A stretch of DNA of 64,000 nt from Phycisphaerae bacterium (lineage in GTDB: Bacteria > Planctomycetota > Phycisphaerae > UBA1845). The notes under the pieces were generated by a model. The model ran no database searches and had not been told where the DNA came from. It saw only the letters and a list, made by a program, of their open reading frames with translations. Of the stretch, positions 54,322-64,000 are shown one piece after another. Position 1 is the stretch's first letter; each line of letters begins with the position of its first letter. The stretch is taken from positions 1 to 64,000 of the forward strand of contig CAXXGO010000005.1 in the NCBI GenBank assembly GCA_963666835.2. Direction: 5' to 3'. The position numbers were made by a program, and so were the translations under genes.

Positions 54322-57300
54322 CTAGCTCTTGCCCGGCGGGTAGATCGGCACGGGGTCAGGTGGGATCAGCGGACCGGTAGGCTGCGGCGCGCACCACCAA
54401 ATGTAGTTCTCGGTCTCATCGCCCTCGGCACACTGGCACTCCGTCCCTTCGCCGCAAAGCCTGTTTTTCGGCTCGCACGGTTCGCTCGGCCGAACGACGA
54501 TCCGCCCGATCCTCATCTCCGCCTGGGTGCGACACCGCCCGCTTGGGCAGTCCCTTCCGTACAGCGCTCGCTGGGCCGCCCACGTCGCATTCCGAACGTT
54601 AATCGCGTGTTCATTCCCCCCATCCGCCAGCTCTTCCATCTTGTGCATGAAGGGGTAGCCAGGGCTCAAGCACATACATTGGGCTGGGTTCGGGCACGTG
54701 TTGTACATGCAGGGGTTACAGAAGTTCGACTGCTCTTGGTCGATCGTCCCATCCAGATCACAGTCGGTCAGATGCGTATTAGAGTCGCAGGCGTCGCCGA
54801 TACCATCACCATCTGCGTCAGCCTGATCCGGATTCGGTGTCGTGGGGCAGTTGTCGCAATCACTGCACTCTATCGCCTCTGCCTGATAGGCTTTACATTC
54901 GCCGTGCAAGTACTGCACGCAGACGAGTTTCACAGAGCCATCTTCTTCGACCGCTAATTCGTAGTCGGGAGAACCATCACAGTCTGTATCCGGCCGAACG
55001 GCGCCGGGCACTGGAGCCGCGCAACCATCTGGAGGTTCCCAAGCGGAATCGCACCTGTCCGGAGTCCCATTCCGGTCCGCGTCAGCCTGGTCTGGATTCC
55101 AGTTGCCACGCACGCTTGTTCTTCCGTTACGACAGTAATCGCAGGACTCGCCGACGCCGTCCGGGAGGCGGACCTTCCAGTCTTCAGACCACGTAGGAAT
55201 GGTATCCTCATCCACACCTCCGCCATAACAATACGGGCAAAGGTCTGTTATATCGGGGTCCCCGTCCCCGTCGGCATCTAGTTTGTCTACCGTACATGAC
55301 GCCTCAGAGCGGCACGGGTTGAAGACATTGCATGTGTTCTCCGGACAGTTGTTTTCGCTGTCGGGTCGCAGGCATTCGCAGGCCACTGGTTTCGAGAACC
55401 ACCAATCCGGATCGCACCAGTCGCCGATTCCGTCGCAGTCGCTGTCCGGCTGCCACAGATCCCCTTCCTCGAGCCCCCAGTTGGTTTGAGCGCAGTCGTA
55501 GTCATACCCATAGTCGCGCTCACGAGGAGGATCAGAGTCAAAGGGGATACGTGGGTTAAACACATCGGGACAGTTGTCGAAGACGTCAAAGACGCCGTCT
55601 TGGTCAGGATCGAATTCGGAGTAGACTCGGTCACATGCGTCCCCCCAGCCATCCCCGTCCGAGTCGACCTGTCTTCCGTTACTCATATTCGGGCAGTTAT
55701 CCATGCAATCGGCAATGCCGCATGTGCCACTAGCCAAGTCGCCGGGGGGATCGGTCAGCTCGCAATAGGTTTGTTCCCAGGCCTCGCGTGTGACGGTATC
55801 GACGAACCAGCACTTGCCCGGATTGTCAGAGCTATCGGGATCGGCCAACGGATCACAGCAGTAGTCGTCTTGCTGATAGGGATTGCAGGCATGTACGCCG
55901 ACACCGTCACGCTGAAAACAGTCGCCGTAGCCAAGGTGCTCGGGTGACCCATTCCCGGTATTTAGGAATCCCGCATGAAAGTACTCGCTGCAGAGCACGC
56001 TGGGCGAAGTACTCCATGTGTCGGGCGAAGTGCTGTCCGGTCCGTTTGTCTTGCACGTTGGCGCCTGGTTATTACTCGTCAGGCGGAGCATTATTCCACG
56101 TTGAGTGTACGGCTGAAGCTCTCCCAATTCGTGGTAGCGGTAGTCGTTGGGATGGTGTGGGGCGTAGCATTCATTGGTGGCGCAAGTTCCGCTACTGGTG
56201 CGAATGTGCAACGCAACCGCCTCGCCCCCTCCGTTCCAGACGAGTCCGGCGCTTGTGGTTGTGTAGTGGCGTGAGCTATCGATGAATATCGTGAATCGGA
56301 ACCACTCCGCTATTGGGTAGTTGCGGTCGGCATCCTGCATGACCGGATCGACGTCGGCGCCACAACCGCGGCAACGCCCCGTTTGCACCCAGATGCTGCC
56401 CTCACCGGCCACGGCCGGGTCGTCGCGGAATTGGACGTGTACGCGCCGGGCATAATCGGGAGGAACGGGGCTGGTGCTCTCGATACAGGGATCGAGCACA
56501 TAGAGATCGTAAACAGCACCGTCGGTGTTGTCGATGAAGAGATCAACCTCAATCGCGGTAACTCCCCACTCGTCGGGCTCCGCACCGCACAAGCCCTGTT
56601 GTGTGTCTACGAACTCCGCGTCCGGGAGGATGAGCCCGGGGCCTTCGAGAGCCCACGTAGAGTACCCGTCGACGGCTTGAGCGTAGTCGAGAGTCATCGC
56701 CGCGACGTGCGCATAGGTGCCTTCCGACAGGCCGACAACGTCACTCTCGTCATCCACCACGTACACGCAATGCTCGGCAGATTCGGGTCCGAGCGTTCGC
56801 CATGCGGCGGCAGCGTCCTGCGGAAGAAACAGGCCGAGCGTCGTTTCGCTGGGAGACAGCCCGTCGAAATCTTCCTCGTATGTGAGGTCGGACATGCTGC
56901 TGATATTGCATGCTGCGGGCGCGAGGAAGGTGCAGCCGGACGTGCTGCCTGCGCATTCGCGGGCGGCCTGACAGATGTCGTCAGCACCGTCGTGGTCGCA
57001 ATCGCAATCGCATTCACCCTCTTCGGTGCAGCCTCGCAACGCAAGCGTATCAGCAATGTCGCAGTCATCACCGCCTTCGCAGATGTCCAGATCGGTGTGC
57101 ACGCCATCTTGGTCGCGATCCTCAGCCGGTGTGGCGCCGCAGCGATTCGGACCGGGTTGGCATTCGTCACCGAGACCGTCGCGGTTGCAGTCTTGCTGGT
57201 CGGGATTCGGGCAGTGCGGGCAGTTGTCGCAGATGTCGGTAAGCCCATCGGCATCGTAGTCGGTTGCTCGCGAACAGAAGATGTCAGCAATGGCTAAGGC

Positions 57301-58329
57301 TACGTCGAGTGCCGTACCCGGCGTAGTGCTATGGGGCGGATACGGTGCGATCCGGGTGAGATTGCCAACTGCTTGCGGGGAGGCGCAATCTCCGACGTTT
57401 GTGATTTCGTGAAGCAAACCGTCGCGTCCCGGTTCAAAGGGATGCAAACAGTAGTCGGGGACCGTGCCGTACGGTTCGGCGTTCTCCACACAATCATCGC
57501 CGTTATCGTGGTAAACGAGACGCCAGTCAGGACCGAGGCGAAGCGCGCTCACCGTGATACCGGCCTCGCGCGCGGCATCGGCAGCTTGACGAATATGGCA
57601 GGCCCGGTTGCAGTACTCGTTGTTGTAACACGCCGCGGTAGCAGAGGCGCAGTCGTCCGTATCTTCGTCCGCTGGGTCACATTCCGGGTCGAAACCGCCG
57701 TAGCATTTCGGGGGACATGGAAGCGGGAGCCGGTACTCGCCTGTCGTGAGCAGAACGATGTGTTTGTCGACATTCGTGAGATCCGGATCGGCAAGTATGG
57801 CAATGGCTTCGCGGATGCCCGTCTCCATGAGGGCGGCTGAGTAATGGTCGGAGTGTTCGAGATCGAGGACCTTTTCGATAAGATAGATACGCGTGCGTTC
57901 AGTGAGAAGCTGGGTTAACGGCAGCCAATGGCGAGACCATTCATACTCGGGGGCTCCGTGCGGCGTGTACTGGATCACGGCAAACGCGTTGCTTCCGCCG
58001 GTCCACAGACCGGGGAGATTGAGGAACTCAGCGATACCGCCCTTGGCCAGCTCGAAGTAGTCCGGCCCAACACGAGGGAACATGCTGGTGGACCCATCAA
58101 CCACGAATACCGTGGCCGTTTCAATGGCTGGTGGCGGATCCGTGGGAGATCTTGTGTAGCAGCCCGTTGCGTCGCAGTAGATATCCTCGACGATATCGTC
58201 GGGAATAGGGAGCTCGATTTCGGCCTGGCTGGGGGTGGGTTCGGCGGTCCAGTTGAGGACGCCGTAGAACAGCGCTACGCAGAGGCCGACGAGTAGCGAT
58301 ACGAGTACTTTCCTTCTGAGCAAGAACAT
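54322..58329 (-). CDS. Large secreted/membrane-anchored vWA-domain protein with thrombospondin type-3-like Ca-binding repeats
   Basis: N-terminal TM; VFVVDGSTSM (MIDAS DxSxS), HIVLLTTG; many D.D.DG..D.CDNCP...NPDQ.D.D.DG.GD.CD repeats. Confidence 0.85.
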   Translation of the reverse strand: MFLLRRKVLVSLLVGLCVALFYGVLNWTAEPTPSQAEIELPIPDDIVEDIYCDATGCYTRSPTDPPPAIETATVFVVDGSTSMFPRVGPDYFELAKGGIAEFLNLPGLWTGGSNAFAVIQYTPHGAPEYEWSRHWLPLTQLLTERTRIYLIEKVLDLEHSDHYSAALMETGIREAIAILADPDLTNVDKHIVLLTTGEYRLPLPCPPKCYGGFDPECDPADEDTDDCASATAACYNNEYCNRACHIRQAADAAREAGITVSALRLGPDWRLVYHDNGDDCVENAEPYGTVPDYCLHPFEPGRDGLLHEITNVGDCASPQAVGNLTRIAPYPPHSTTPGTALDVALAIADIFCSRATDYDADGLTDICDNCPHCPNPDQQDCNRDGLGDECQPGPNRCGATPAEDRDQDGVHTDLDICEGGDDCDIADTLALRGCTEEGECDCDCDHDGADDICQAARECAGSTSGCTFLAPAACNISSMSDLTYEEDFDGLSPSETTLGLFLPQDAAAAWRTLGPESAEHCVYVVDDESDVVGLSEGTYAHVAAMTLDYAQAVDGYSTWALEGPGLILPDAEFVDTQQGLCGAEPDEWGVTAIEVDLFIDNTDGAVYDLYVLDPCIESTSPVPPDYARRVHVQFRDDPAVAGEGSIWVQTGRCRGCGADVDPVMQDADRNYPIAEWFRFTIFIDSSRHYTTTSAGLVWNGGGEAVALHIRTSSGTCATNECYAPHHPNDYRYHELGELQPYTQRGIMLRLTSNNQAPTCKTNGPDSTSPDTWSTSPSVLCSEYFHAGFLNTGNGSPEHLGYGDCFQRDGVGVHACNPYQQDDYCCDPLADPDSSDNPGKCWFVDTVTREAWEQTYCELTDPPGDLASGTCGIADCMDNCPNMSNGRQVDSDGDGWGDACDRVYSEFDPDQDGVFDVFDNCPDVFNPRIPFDSDPPRERDYGYDYDCAQTNWGLEEGDLWQPDSDCDGIGDWCDPDWWFSKPVACECLRPDSENNCPENTCNVFNPCRSEASCTVDKLDADGDGDPDITDLCPYCYGGGVDEDTIPTWSEDWKVRLPDGVGESCDYCRNGRTSVRGNWNPDQADADRNGTPDRCDSAWEPPDGCAAPVPGAVRPDTDCDGSPDYELAVEEDGSVKLVCVQYLHGECKAYQAEAIECSDCDNCPTTPNPDQADADGDGIGDACDSNTHLTDCDLDGTIDQEQSNFCNPCMYNTCPNPAQCMCLSPGYPFMHKMEELADGGNEHAINVRNATWAAQRALYGRDCPSGRCRTQAEMRIGRIVVRPSEPCEPKNRLCGEGTECQCAEGDETENYIWWCAPQPTGPLIPPDPVPIYPPGKS

Positions 58330-58585
58330 AGTCCGCCCCTTAGCTGGGGAACCCCTCGTGGGTCCGGTGTTGCCGTGTTTCCTAGTGGGGTATGCCCCTG
58401 CCGACGTACAGGGCAGGTGGAGGCCAGCAAGCAGTACCCCGACCGTTGCAGGGTTATCGGCAGAGTGTTGGGGGCACTGAAGAGCGAATCAATTGTCGCT
58501 TGGCGCGGGGGCGCGAGGTGCAGTAGCCGCTGAGCGGTACAATCTGGGGATACCGACGGGCCTCCCATCGTTGATGGCAGAGATC

Positions 58586-59025
58586 CGCAAGGACAAGCGC
58601 TACTACGTTCTGGCGTAGGTCCCCAAGGACTTTGCCGTCAAGGAGCAGTGGCCGAGCATCAAGGCCGTTGGCATGGCGGTCCGGGTGACCGAAGCGGCTG
58701 ATGGCACCGCCGCGGGCGATGTGCGGTACTTCATCGCAGGCCGATACCTGTCGGCGGCCCGCTTCGCCGGGGCCGTACGCGGCCACTGGGGCATCGAAAA
58801 CACGCTGCACTTGGTGCTTGATGTGACCTTGGACGAGGACCAGACGCGTACGCGCGAGCGCCACATGGCCAACAATCTCTCCTGGCTCCGCCGCTTCGCA
58901 ATCAGCCTTCTGAAACGGCACCCGTCGAAACACAGCACCAACGGCAAGAGCCAGATGCCGGCTGGAACAATGACTTTCTAATGGAAGCCCTTATGGCGCA
59001 AGCGGTTTAATGTGCGCTGGCCCTG
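58586..59025 (+). mobile_element. ISAs1-family transposase 3' remnant with right terminal repeat
   Basis: RYFI...L.A.RFA.AVRGHWGIENTLHLVLDVTLDEDQ.R. In-frame TAG near 58616 and a frameshift near the end. Terminal GTGCGCTGGCCCTG at 59012-59025. Confidence 0.85.
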
Positions 59026-59233
59026 CGGCAAGCCCCCAAACGGTGCTCGCAATCAGTCGAGCAGAGGCCTCGATGATGGGCATTGGCTGTGATGTAGGCG
59101 AATCGGGGCAGGTGATGACGCTAGCGCTTGATTCCGGCTTCCCGATCCGGATAGAATGGCGCCTGCGACGGGGGATGGAGGCACGCGCCTACCGAAATCT
59201 CCCAGGAGCGCAATTCGGCTTGCGGAGGATGCG

Positions 59234-60394
59234 ATGATGCGAAGACTCATGACGACGGTGGTGTTCTTGTTCTGGCCAGCTTCCTCGATTCTCGCGCAGG
59301 CGAGCTTCCAGGCGCTGGGGTATCTGCCGGGCGAGGGCCGTGAGTGCTACGCCTACGGCGTGTCGGCCGATGGTTCGGTTGCGGTTGGCATGAGCAGTTC
59401 TGCGGGCTCTCCTCCGGGAGGAATGGAGGCCTATCGCTGGACGCAGAGCGCTGGTATGACCGGGCTCGGCTACTTGCCCGGGAGCGATCCATACAGCTTG
59501 TCGCTCGCCGTCTCTGCTGACGGGTCGACCGTTGTTGGGCGGGATGACTCCGCCGTTTACTCTGCGGGCATTCGGCAGGCTTTCCGTTGGACGCAGGGGA
59601 CGGGCATGGTGGGGCTCGGCGACTTGCCAGGGGGAGAGCATATCAGTATGGCTCGCGGGGTCTCTGCTGATGGGTCCGTCGTCGTTGGTGCGGGTAATTA
59701 CAATGGCGCTGCTCCCGAGGCTTTTCGTTGGGAGAACGACGCCATGGTCGGACTGGGCGATCTGGCCGGTGGGGAGTTCTTCAGTGATGCGCACGGGGTG
59801 TCGGCGGATGGCAGCGTTGTAGTTGGGGCGAGTCACTCTGACTCCGGCTTTGAGGCTTTCCGCTGGGAGAACGGAACGATGGTGGGTCTCGGGAGCCTGG
59901 GAGGTCAGAGCCTCGCCAATGCAGTATCGGCAGATGGAGCAGTTGTTGTTGGTTGCTACAGTAGTCCACATTACGCTTTCCGGTGGACTGAGGAGACCGG
60001 AATGCAGGGCTTAGGGCCGCTGCCCGGCGAGTCACTTGCCGTGTCAGCGGACGGTTCGGTAATAGTCGGCAAGTACACGATTTCTGGGCATCCTACGGAC
60101 GAAGCTTTCGTGTGGGAATCATCTGCCGGAGTACGGAACCTCAAGGGGATGCTGGAAGATGATTACGGCCTTGATCTCAGCGAGTGGACGCTCAAAGAGG
60201 CGACTGGCGTCTCTTGGGATGGTCTGACGTTCGTTGGGACGGGTTTCAATGCTGACGGGCACAACGCCGCCTGGATTGCACATATTCCCGAACCCGGCAC
60301 CCTGTCTCTGCTTGTCTTCGGTGTCCCGGCGGTCCTCCGACGAAGGCTTTTCTGCGCCAGACAACAGACGCGGGAGCTGCAAGCCGTAATCTAG
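59234..60394 (+). CDS. PEP-CTERM protein with HAF-type extracellular beta-propeller repeats
   Basis: Repeats EAFRW....GM.GLGDL.GG...S.A.GVSADGSVVVG; C-terminal IPEPGTLSLLVFGVPAVLRRR. RBS GGAGG. Confidence 0.9.
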   Translation: MMRRLMTTVVFLFWPASSILAQASFQALGYLPGEGRECYAYGVSADGSVAVGMSSSAGSPPGGMEAYRWTQSAGMTGLGYLPGSDPYSLSLAVSADGSTVVGRDDSAVYSAGIRQAFRWTQGTGMVGLGDLPGGEHISMARGVSADGSVVVGAGNYNGAAPEAFRWENDAMVGLGDLAGGEFFSDAHGVSADGSVVVGASHSDSGFEAFRWENGTMVGLGSLGGQSLANAVSADGAVVVGCYSSPHYAFRWTEETGMQGLGPLPGESLAVSADGSVIVGKYTISGHPTDEAFVWESSAGVRNLKGMLEDDYGLDLSEWTLKEATGVSWDGLTFVGTGFNADGHNAAWIAHIPEPGTLSLLVFGVPAVLRRRLFCARQQTRELQAVI

Positions 60395-60565
60395 CGCGTC
60401 CGGTTTCGTGGGGAGCCCCGTGCAGCCCGGAGTCCTGCCGCCACCGATTATGGTTGATTCGGCTTATCTCGCTCTGTAAAGTGGGAAGTTAGATGGAGTT
60501 CATATGCTAAACGGGATGGGTGGGCCACAGTCCGCTGGTGATCTGCAGTTTCGGAGGGACCGAAC

Positions 60566-61804
60566 ATGGCGACTTCTTACGAGATCGGCTTGATGCCTAG
60601 TCTCTTGGCTTGGCTTGTGGCCGCGCTTGTTCTCGGAGTTGGCTACGCGTCAGGCGCGGGCGACGGTCATTGGTTTGACGTTGATGGTGGCGCGTGTTGC
60701 GTCGGGACCGGGTGCCTCTCTGAGCTGACGGAGGAGTTCTGCACGGATCTCGTCGGCGGCTGGTTTGCGGGGCCGGGTACGCTGTGCCCCGAGCCCTGCA
60801 GGCAGGGCGCGTGTTGCATGCCGGACGGTCCGTGCGAGGACGGAACCTACGAAGGCCACTGCCTCGATGTTGGCGGTGTCTGGCAAGGGCCTGACACGGA
60901 TTGCGAAACGGCACCGTGCCCTGGGGCATGTTGCCACTCGGACGGAACGTGCTCAGTCCTCTCGGAAGATGCATGCCTGGCGTCTGGCGGAGCCGCGTGG
61001 GTTGGTGGAGACGCCCATTGCGAAGCGATCTCCTGCCTTGGGGCTTGCTGTCTCAACAGCCTGTGTGTTCCAACGCAGAGCCTGGACAACTGCATGAGTG
61101 TCGATGGGGAGTGGGGTGGCCCTGGCATGCCGTGCGAGGCGGACTCCTGCAGTACAGGGGCCTGTTGTTTCGATGATGCGACGTGCGTGCCGAGGGAGAC
61201 CGAAGATGCTTGCGAAAGCGCGGATGGTGTCTGGATGGGGTTGTTCTCCGGCTGCGATCCGAGCCCATGTACGTGCATACTTGGCGCGGTCACATTCGTG
61301 AGCCCGCCTGATGGCACGCTGGACGCCCGGCAACCGCATCCGATTGACGACGCAACGATCCTCCAAGGTTGGGATACGTTTGTGGTCGACGCCCCGAGTA
61401 TGGACTTGGGCTGCTGGTCGGTTTCCGAGACTGGCGGGGGCACGAACAGTGTGGCGAGCGCCGATGGGACGGCCGGTTCGTTCACTATTATGCTGAGCCA
61501 TCCGATCGCGCCCGGGGAACTCACGGAGCTTACCTATACCACTCTGCGCGGGTATTCCCAGACTGGGACCTTCTTCTTTCTGCCAGGCGACGTTGATGGC
61601 AGCATGGAGGTTGAGCGCCTTGATCTTACCGGGTTGATCGGATGCCTGAATGCCGGACACTGTGACGAATGGCGGACGGACATCAATCGTAGCGGAGCAA
61701 CGAGCGCCGAGGATCTTCTGCGGCTGATCGATCTATTCAACGGTGCTCAATCGTTCGCGCCATGGGAGCATGAGACTGTGCCGAGCACGTGTCCGCTGGA
61801 ATGA
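60566..61804 (+). CDS. Secreted Cys-rich GACC-repeat protein with dockerin-like C-terminus
   Basis: Signal peptide; five GACC...C...GG.W.G..C repeats; PGDVDGS....LDL and TDINRSG.....DLLRLIDL. Confidence 0.82.
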   Translation: MATSYEIGLMPSLLAWLVAALVLGVGYASGAGDGHWFDVDGGACCVGTGCLSELTEEFCTDLVGGWFAGPGTLCPEPCRQGACCMPDGPCEDGTYEGHCLDVGGVWQGPDTDCETAPCPGACCHSDGTCSVLSEDACLASGGAAWVGGDAHCEAISCLGACCLNSLCVPTQSLDNCMSVDGEWGGPGMPCEADSCSTGACCFDDATCVPRETEDACESADGVWMGLFSGCDPSPCTCILGAVTFVSPPDGTLDARQPHPIDDATILQGWDTFVVDAPSMDLGCWSVSETGGGTNSVASADGTAGSFTIMLSHPIAPGELTELTYTTLRGYSQTGTFFFLPGDVDGSMEVERLDLTGLIGCLNAGHCDEWRTDINRSGATSAEDLLRLIDLFNGAQSFAPWEHETVPSTCPLE

Positions 61805-61905
61805 CGACGACTTCAGTCTGGCTCTGACTCTCATGCATCCCCCGTCGACACCGTAAGAGCCCAAGGATCAGGTGGTCGAGGGAGTGGGGTAGCGAGTCTC
61901 TATCC

Positions 61906-63111
61906 TTACCTGGTCCACTCGCCGTTCTCGTCGTAGTTCTGGCTGCACGGATACCCGCAGGCATTCCAGACTGCGTCGAAGATCGGCTTCATCTCCTTCG
62001 GCACGTCGACATCTAGGCTGTCGATTACGACATCGGGCAGGAGGACCGTGTCTCGATCGATGGGGTGTTGCTCCTCCGGCCAGACGAAACCGCGGACGGA
62101 CATGATGGCCCCTTTGCACCCCAAGAGGGCAAGCGATATCATCATGGGCGGAGCTAGATCGAGCTGCCGATACCCCTCCAGATAGGACGATATGCCCCTC
62201 ATCAGGTACGCCTCGTACTCGGCGCTGGGAATGTTGCGACGGCCACCTGCCTCGCCGCGGAGCAGCACGTTTGAGTAAACGGATTCGATTGAGCCGTCGG
62301 AGAACAACTGGCAGTAGCCGTGTTGCCCTGCGATACCGTCCCGTTCGCCAGAGCACGTCAGAAGACCGTCTACGTTGTATCGCCTATTCCCCCCATAACT
62401 TCCGATCGGCTTGAATGACGTCGAGAGGCCGTCGCGGTTCGACAGATCCAGCCGCTCGCGGTTCAGGAAGGAGCCCAAAGGGATCATGTGCAGGACCAGC
62501 CGGTGGGGAGAAGATAGCGGCACGGGGGTTTCGTCGGCTACGATCCTGCTGAGACGGTCCTGCTGGAAACGTCTGATCCGCTCGCCTTGAGAGTCGGTAG
62601 CTAAGAACGCGGAGCGTAGTTCCTGTACGTCGAGACGGTACTTGCCAGCGGAGTTACGCGAGTAGAATCGCGACGCCCCCTTGTAGATCATCATGTGCGG
62701 GGAGGCGAAACTCCTGTGAACACGGATCAGGATGATGAACCCCCTGGTGTCGTTATCCCATCCCATGATCTCCTTGATCTGGACAGGGAGACGTGGGGCA
62801 AGCCCATGCTCAAGCCTCTTCTCTAGGTCGAGCTTCACTTCGTCCGCTGTCTTACCGGTGATGGGAGCTGCGCGCTCCGGAGCCCCAGTCTTCTTGCCGT
62901 TCTCGTCGACCGCGGCCTTCACTCCGTAGAGGATGTCTCCGCCGGATGCGTTCCCGAAGGATGAGACGTCGGCCAGGAACTCCTTCCTCTCTCTGTCGGA
63001 ACCGCCCGGCAACTCCTGTTTGTACTCCAGCGTCTTGGACTCAAGGACGCCGTTCTCGATCAGGGCCTCGATGTCTTCCTTAGCGATACTGTCGAAGCTC
63101 TTCTGGATCAC
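61906..63111 (-). CDS. Schlafen/AlbA_2-domain protein
   Basis: LESKTLEYKQEL...EFLADVSSFGNASGGDILYGV, PHM....RFYSRNSAG; uncharacterised ~230-aa C-terminal domain. Confidence 0.85.
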   Translation of the reverse strand: MIQKSFDSIAKEDIEALIENGVLESKTLEYKQELPGGSDRERKEFLADVSSFGNASGGDILYGVKAAVDENGKKTGAPERAAPITGKTADEVKLDLEKRLEHGLAPRLPVQIKEIMGWDNDTRGFIILIRVHRSFASPHMMIYKGASRFYSRNSAGKYRLDVQELRSAFLATDSQGERIRRFQQDRLSRIVADETPVPLSSPHRLVLHMIPLGSFLNRERLDLSNRDGLSTSFKPIGSYGGNRRYNVDGLLTCSGERDGIAGQHGYCQLFSDGSIESVYSNVLLRGEAGGRRNIPSAEYEAYLMRGISSYLEGYRQLDLAPPMMISLALLGCKGAIMSVRGFVWPEEQHPIDRDTVLLPDVVIDSLDVDVPKEMKPIFDAVWNACGYPCSQNYDENGEWTR

Positions 63112-63187
63112 GATAGTGCCCCTCTGTTGTGCATCCCGGCGGCCGCGTTTCTTCCCTCTTCAATCCCGGCGCGGGCTTCCGTCTCCC

Positions 63188-64000
63188 TTACGGCCCCGTG
63201 ATTGCTGTCTTGAAGAACCGGAAGTCGGCCAAGCCGATCGCTCCGCACCCATCCACGTTCCCCTGTTCGCACTCTGCGGCGACGGCGCCACCGTTGCCGC
63301 CGGTGAAGCACTGATAGAAGGCCGCCACGTCGAGCAGGTCTACGTCACCATCGCTGTCGAGATCGCCGAACGAACAGCCATCCGCGCAGATCGAGCCATC
63401 CCCCTGATACAGACCCCCGATAGCCAGGCAATCCTCGCCGTTCAGGTCATCCCAGCAGGCGCCGACCGGAAAGCAGCATGCGCCTTCCGCCAGACAACCG
63501 CACCGATTGACCGGGGTGCCGAATGACGTCTCCGCACAGTGATCCTCGCAATCCATCACGCCGTCGTTGTCGGAATCCGCATCCGCGACGCCGCACCCGC
63601 AGACTCCGGGGTCAGTCTTGTTAGAATCGTCCGGGCAGCCATCAACACAGTCCGGCACATCGTCTTCGTCAGTATCGGTGTCGGCAACTCCGCACCCGCA
63701 GATTCCCGGCTCCGTCTTGTCGGAATCTCCCGGGCAGTTGTCGCAGTCATCGATGGTGCCATCTTCGTCCGCGTCGCTCTCGCACTCGTCGGGAATCGAG
63801 TCAATATCGCAATCGCCACTCGTACCTTCCGCAATGTCACAAACGTCGCCTATCCCGTTGGGTTGGCAATCCTGCTGGTCACTGTTAGCCAGCGCACAGT
63901 TGTCCACGCAATCCAGAACGCCGTCGTCATCCAGGTCGACGTCAGGTGTTCCGCACCCGCAATCACCGGGCTGTGTCTTGTTCGGATCCAACGGACAGCA
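63188..64000 (-). CDS. 3' part of a secreted TSP3-like repeat protein with GACC repeat and dockerin/EF-hand-like C-terminus (runs off the window)
   Basis: Repeats CP.D.NKT.PG.CGCG..D.D.D.DG..DC.D; GACC; GDLDSDGDVDLLDVAAFYQCFTG. Confidence 0.85.
   Translation of the reverse strand, partial: CCPLDPNKTQPGDCGCGTPDVDLDDDGVLDCVDNCALANSDQQDCQPNGIGDVCDIAEGTSGDCDIDSIPDECESDADEDGTIDDCDNCPGDSDKTEPGICGCGVADTDTDEDDVPDCVDGCPDDSNKTDPGVCGCGVADADSDNDGVMDCEDHCAETSFGTPVNRCGCLAEGACCFPVGACWDDLNGEDCLAIGGLYQGDGSICADGCSFGDLDSDGDVDLLDVAAFYQCFTGGNGGAVAAECEQGNVDGCGAIGLADFRFFKTAITGP

Overview
The window looks like two unrelated genomes joined at about 24,515. Bases 1-24.5 kb are Clostridia-like chromosome: yggS (partial), a HlyD-like protein, ynbB with an apparent frameshift, a TPR protein, a GerMN lipoprotein, ylmH, an OmpR/HK two-component pair, a DUF4342-like repeat protein, a GH120-like beta-helix glycosidase, a YtfQRT-YjfF-type sugar ABC transporter and an SBP-YesM-YesN sensing module. 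Bases 24.5-64 kb resemble an accessory region of a Planctomycete (Phycisphaerae-like), judged from PEP-CTERM/IPTL-CTERM sorting signals, GACC repeats and CGYDLxGN Zn-ribbon proteins. That half holds: (i) an integrative element with a Topo VI-A/Spo11-like TOPRIM gene, an AlpA-type excisionase, a tyrosine integrase and a 3' half tRNA-Arg(ACG) att site; (ii) secreted surface proteins; (iii) a compact 3-kb operon, ArdC - three small ORFs - truncated clamp-loader-type AAA+ ATPase - serine recombinase, with an identical motif at three gene junctions; (iv) a polymorphic toxin locus made of a vWA/TSP3 protein, a 3263-aa RHS protein with a Sec-type signal peptide, Cys-rich toxin tips, an orphan module, RHS debris and two putative immunity proteins resembling the SecD P1 head; (v) an ISAs1 remnant and a Schlafen/AlbA_2 gene. 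The best candidates for undescribed systems are (iii) and (iv). All family assignments come from motif recognition by eye; no searches were run.
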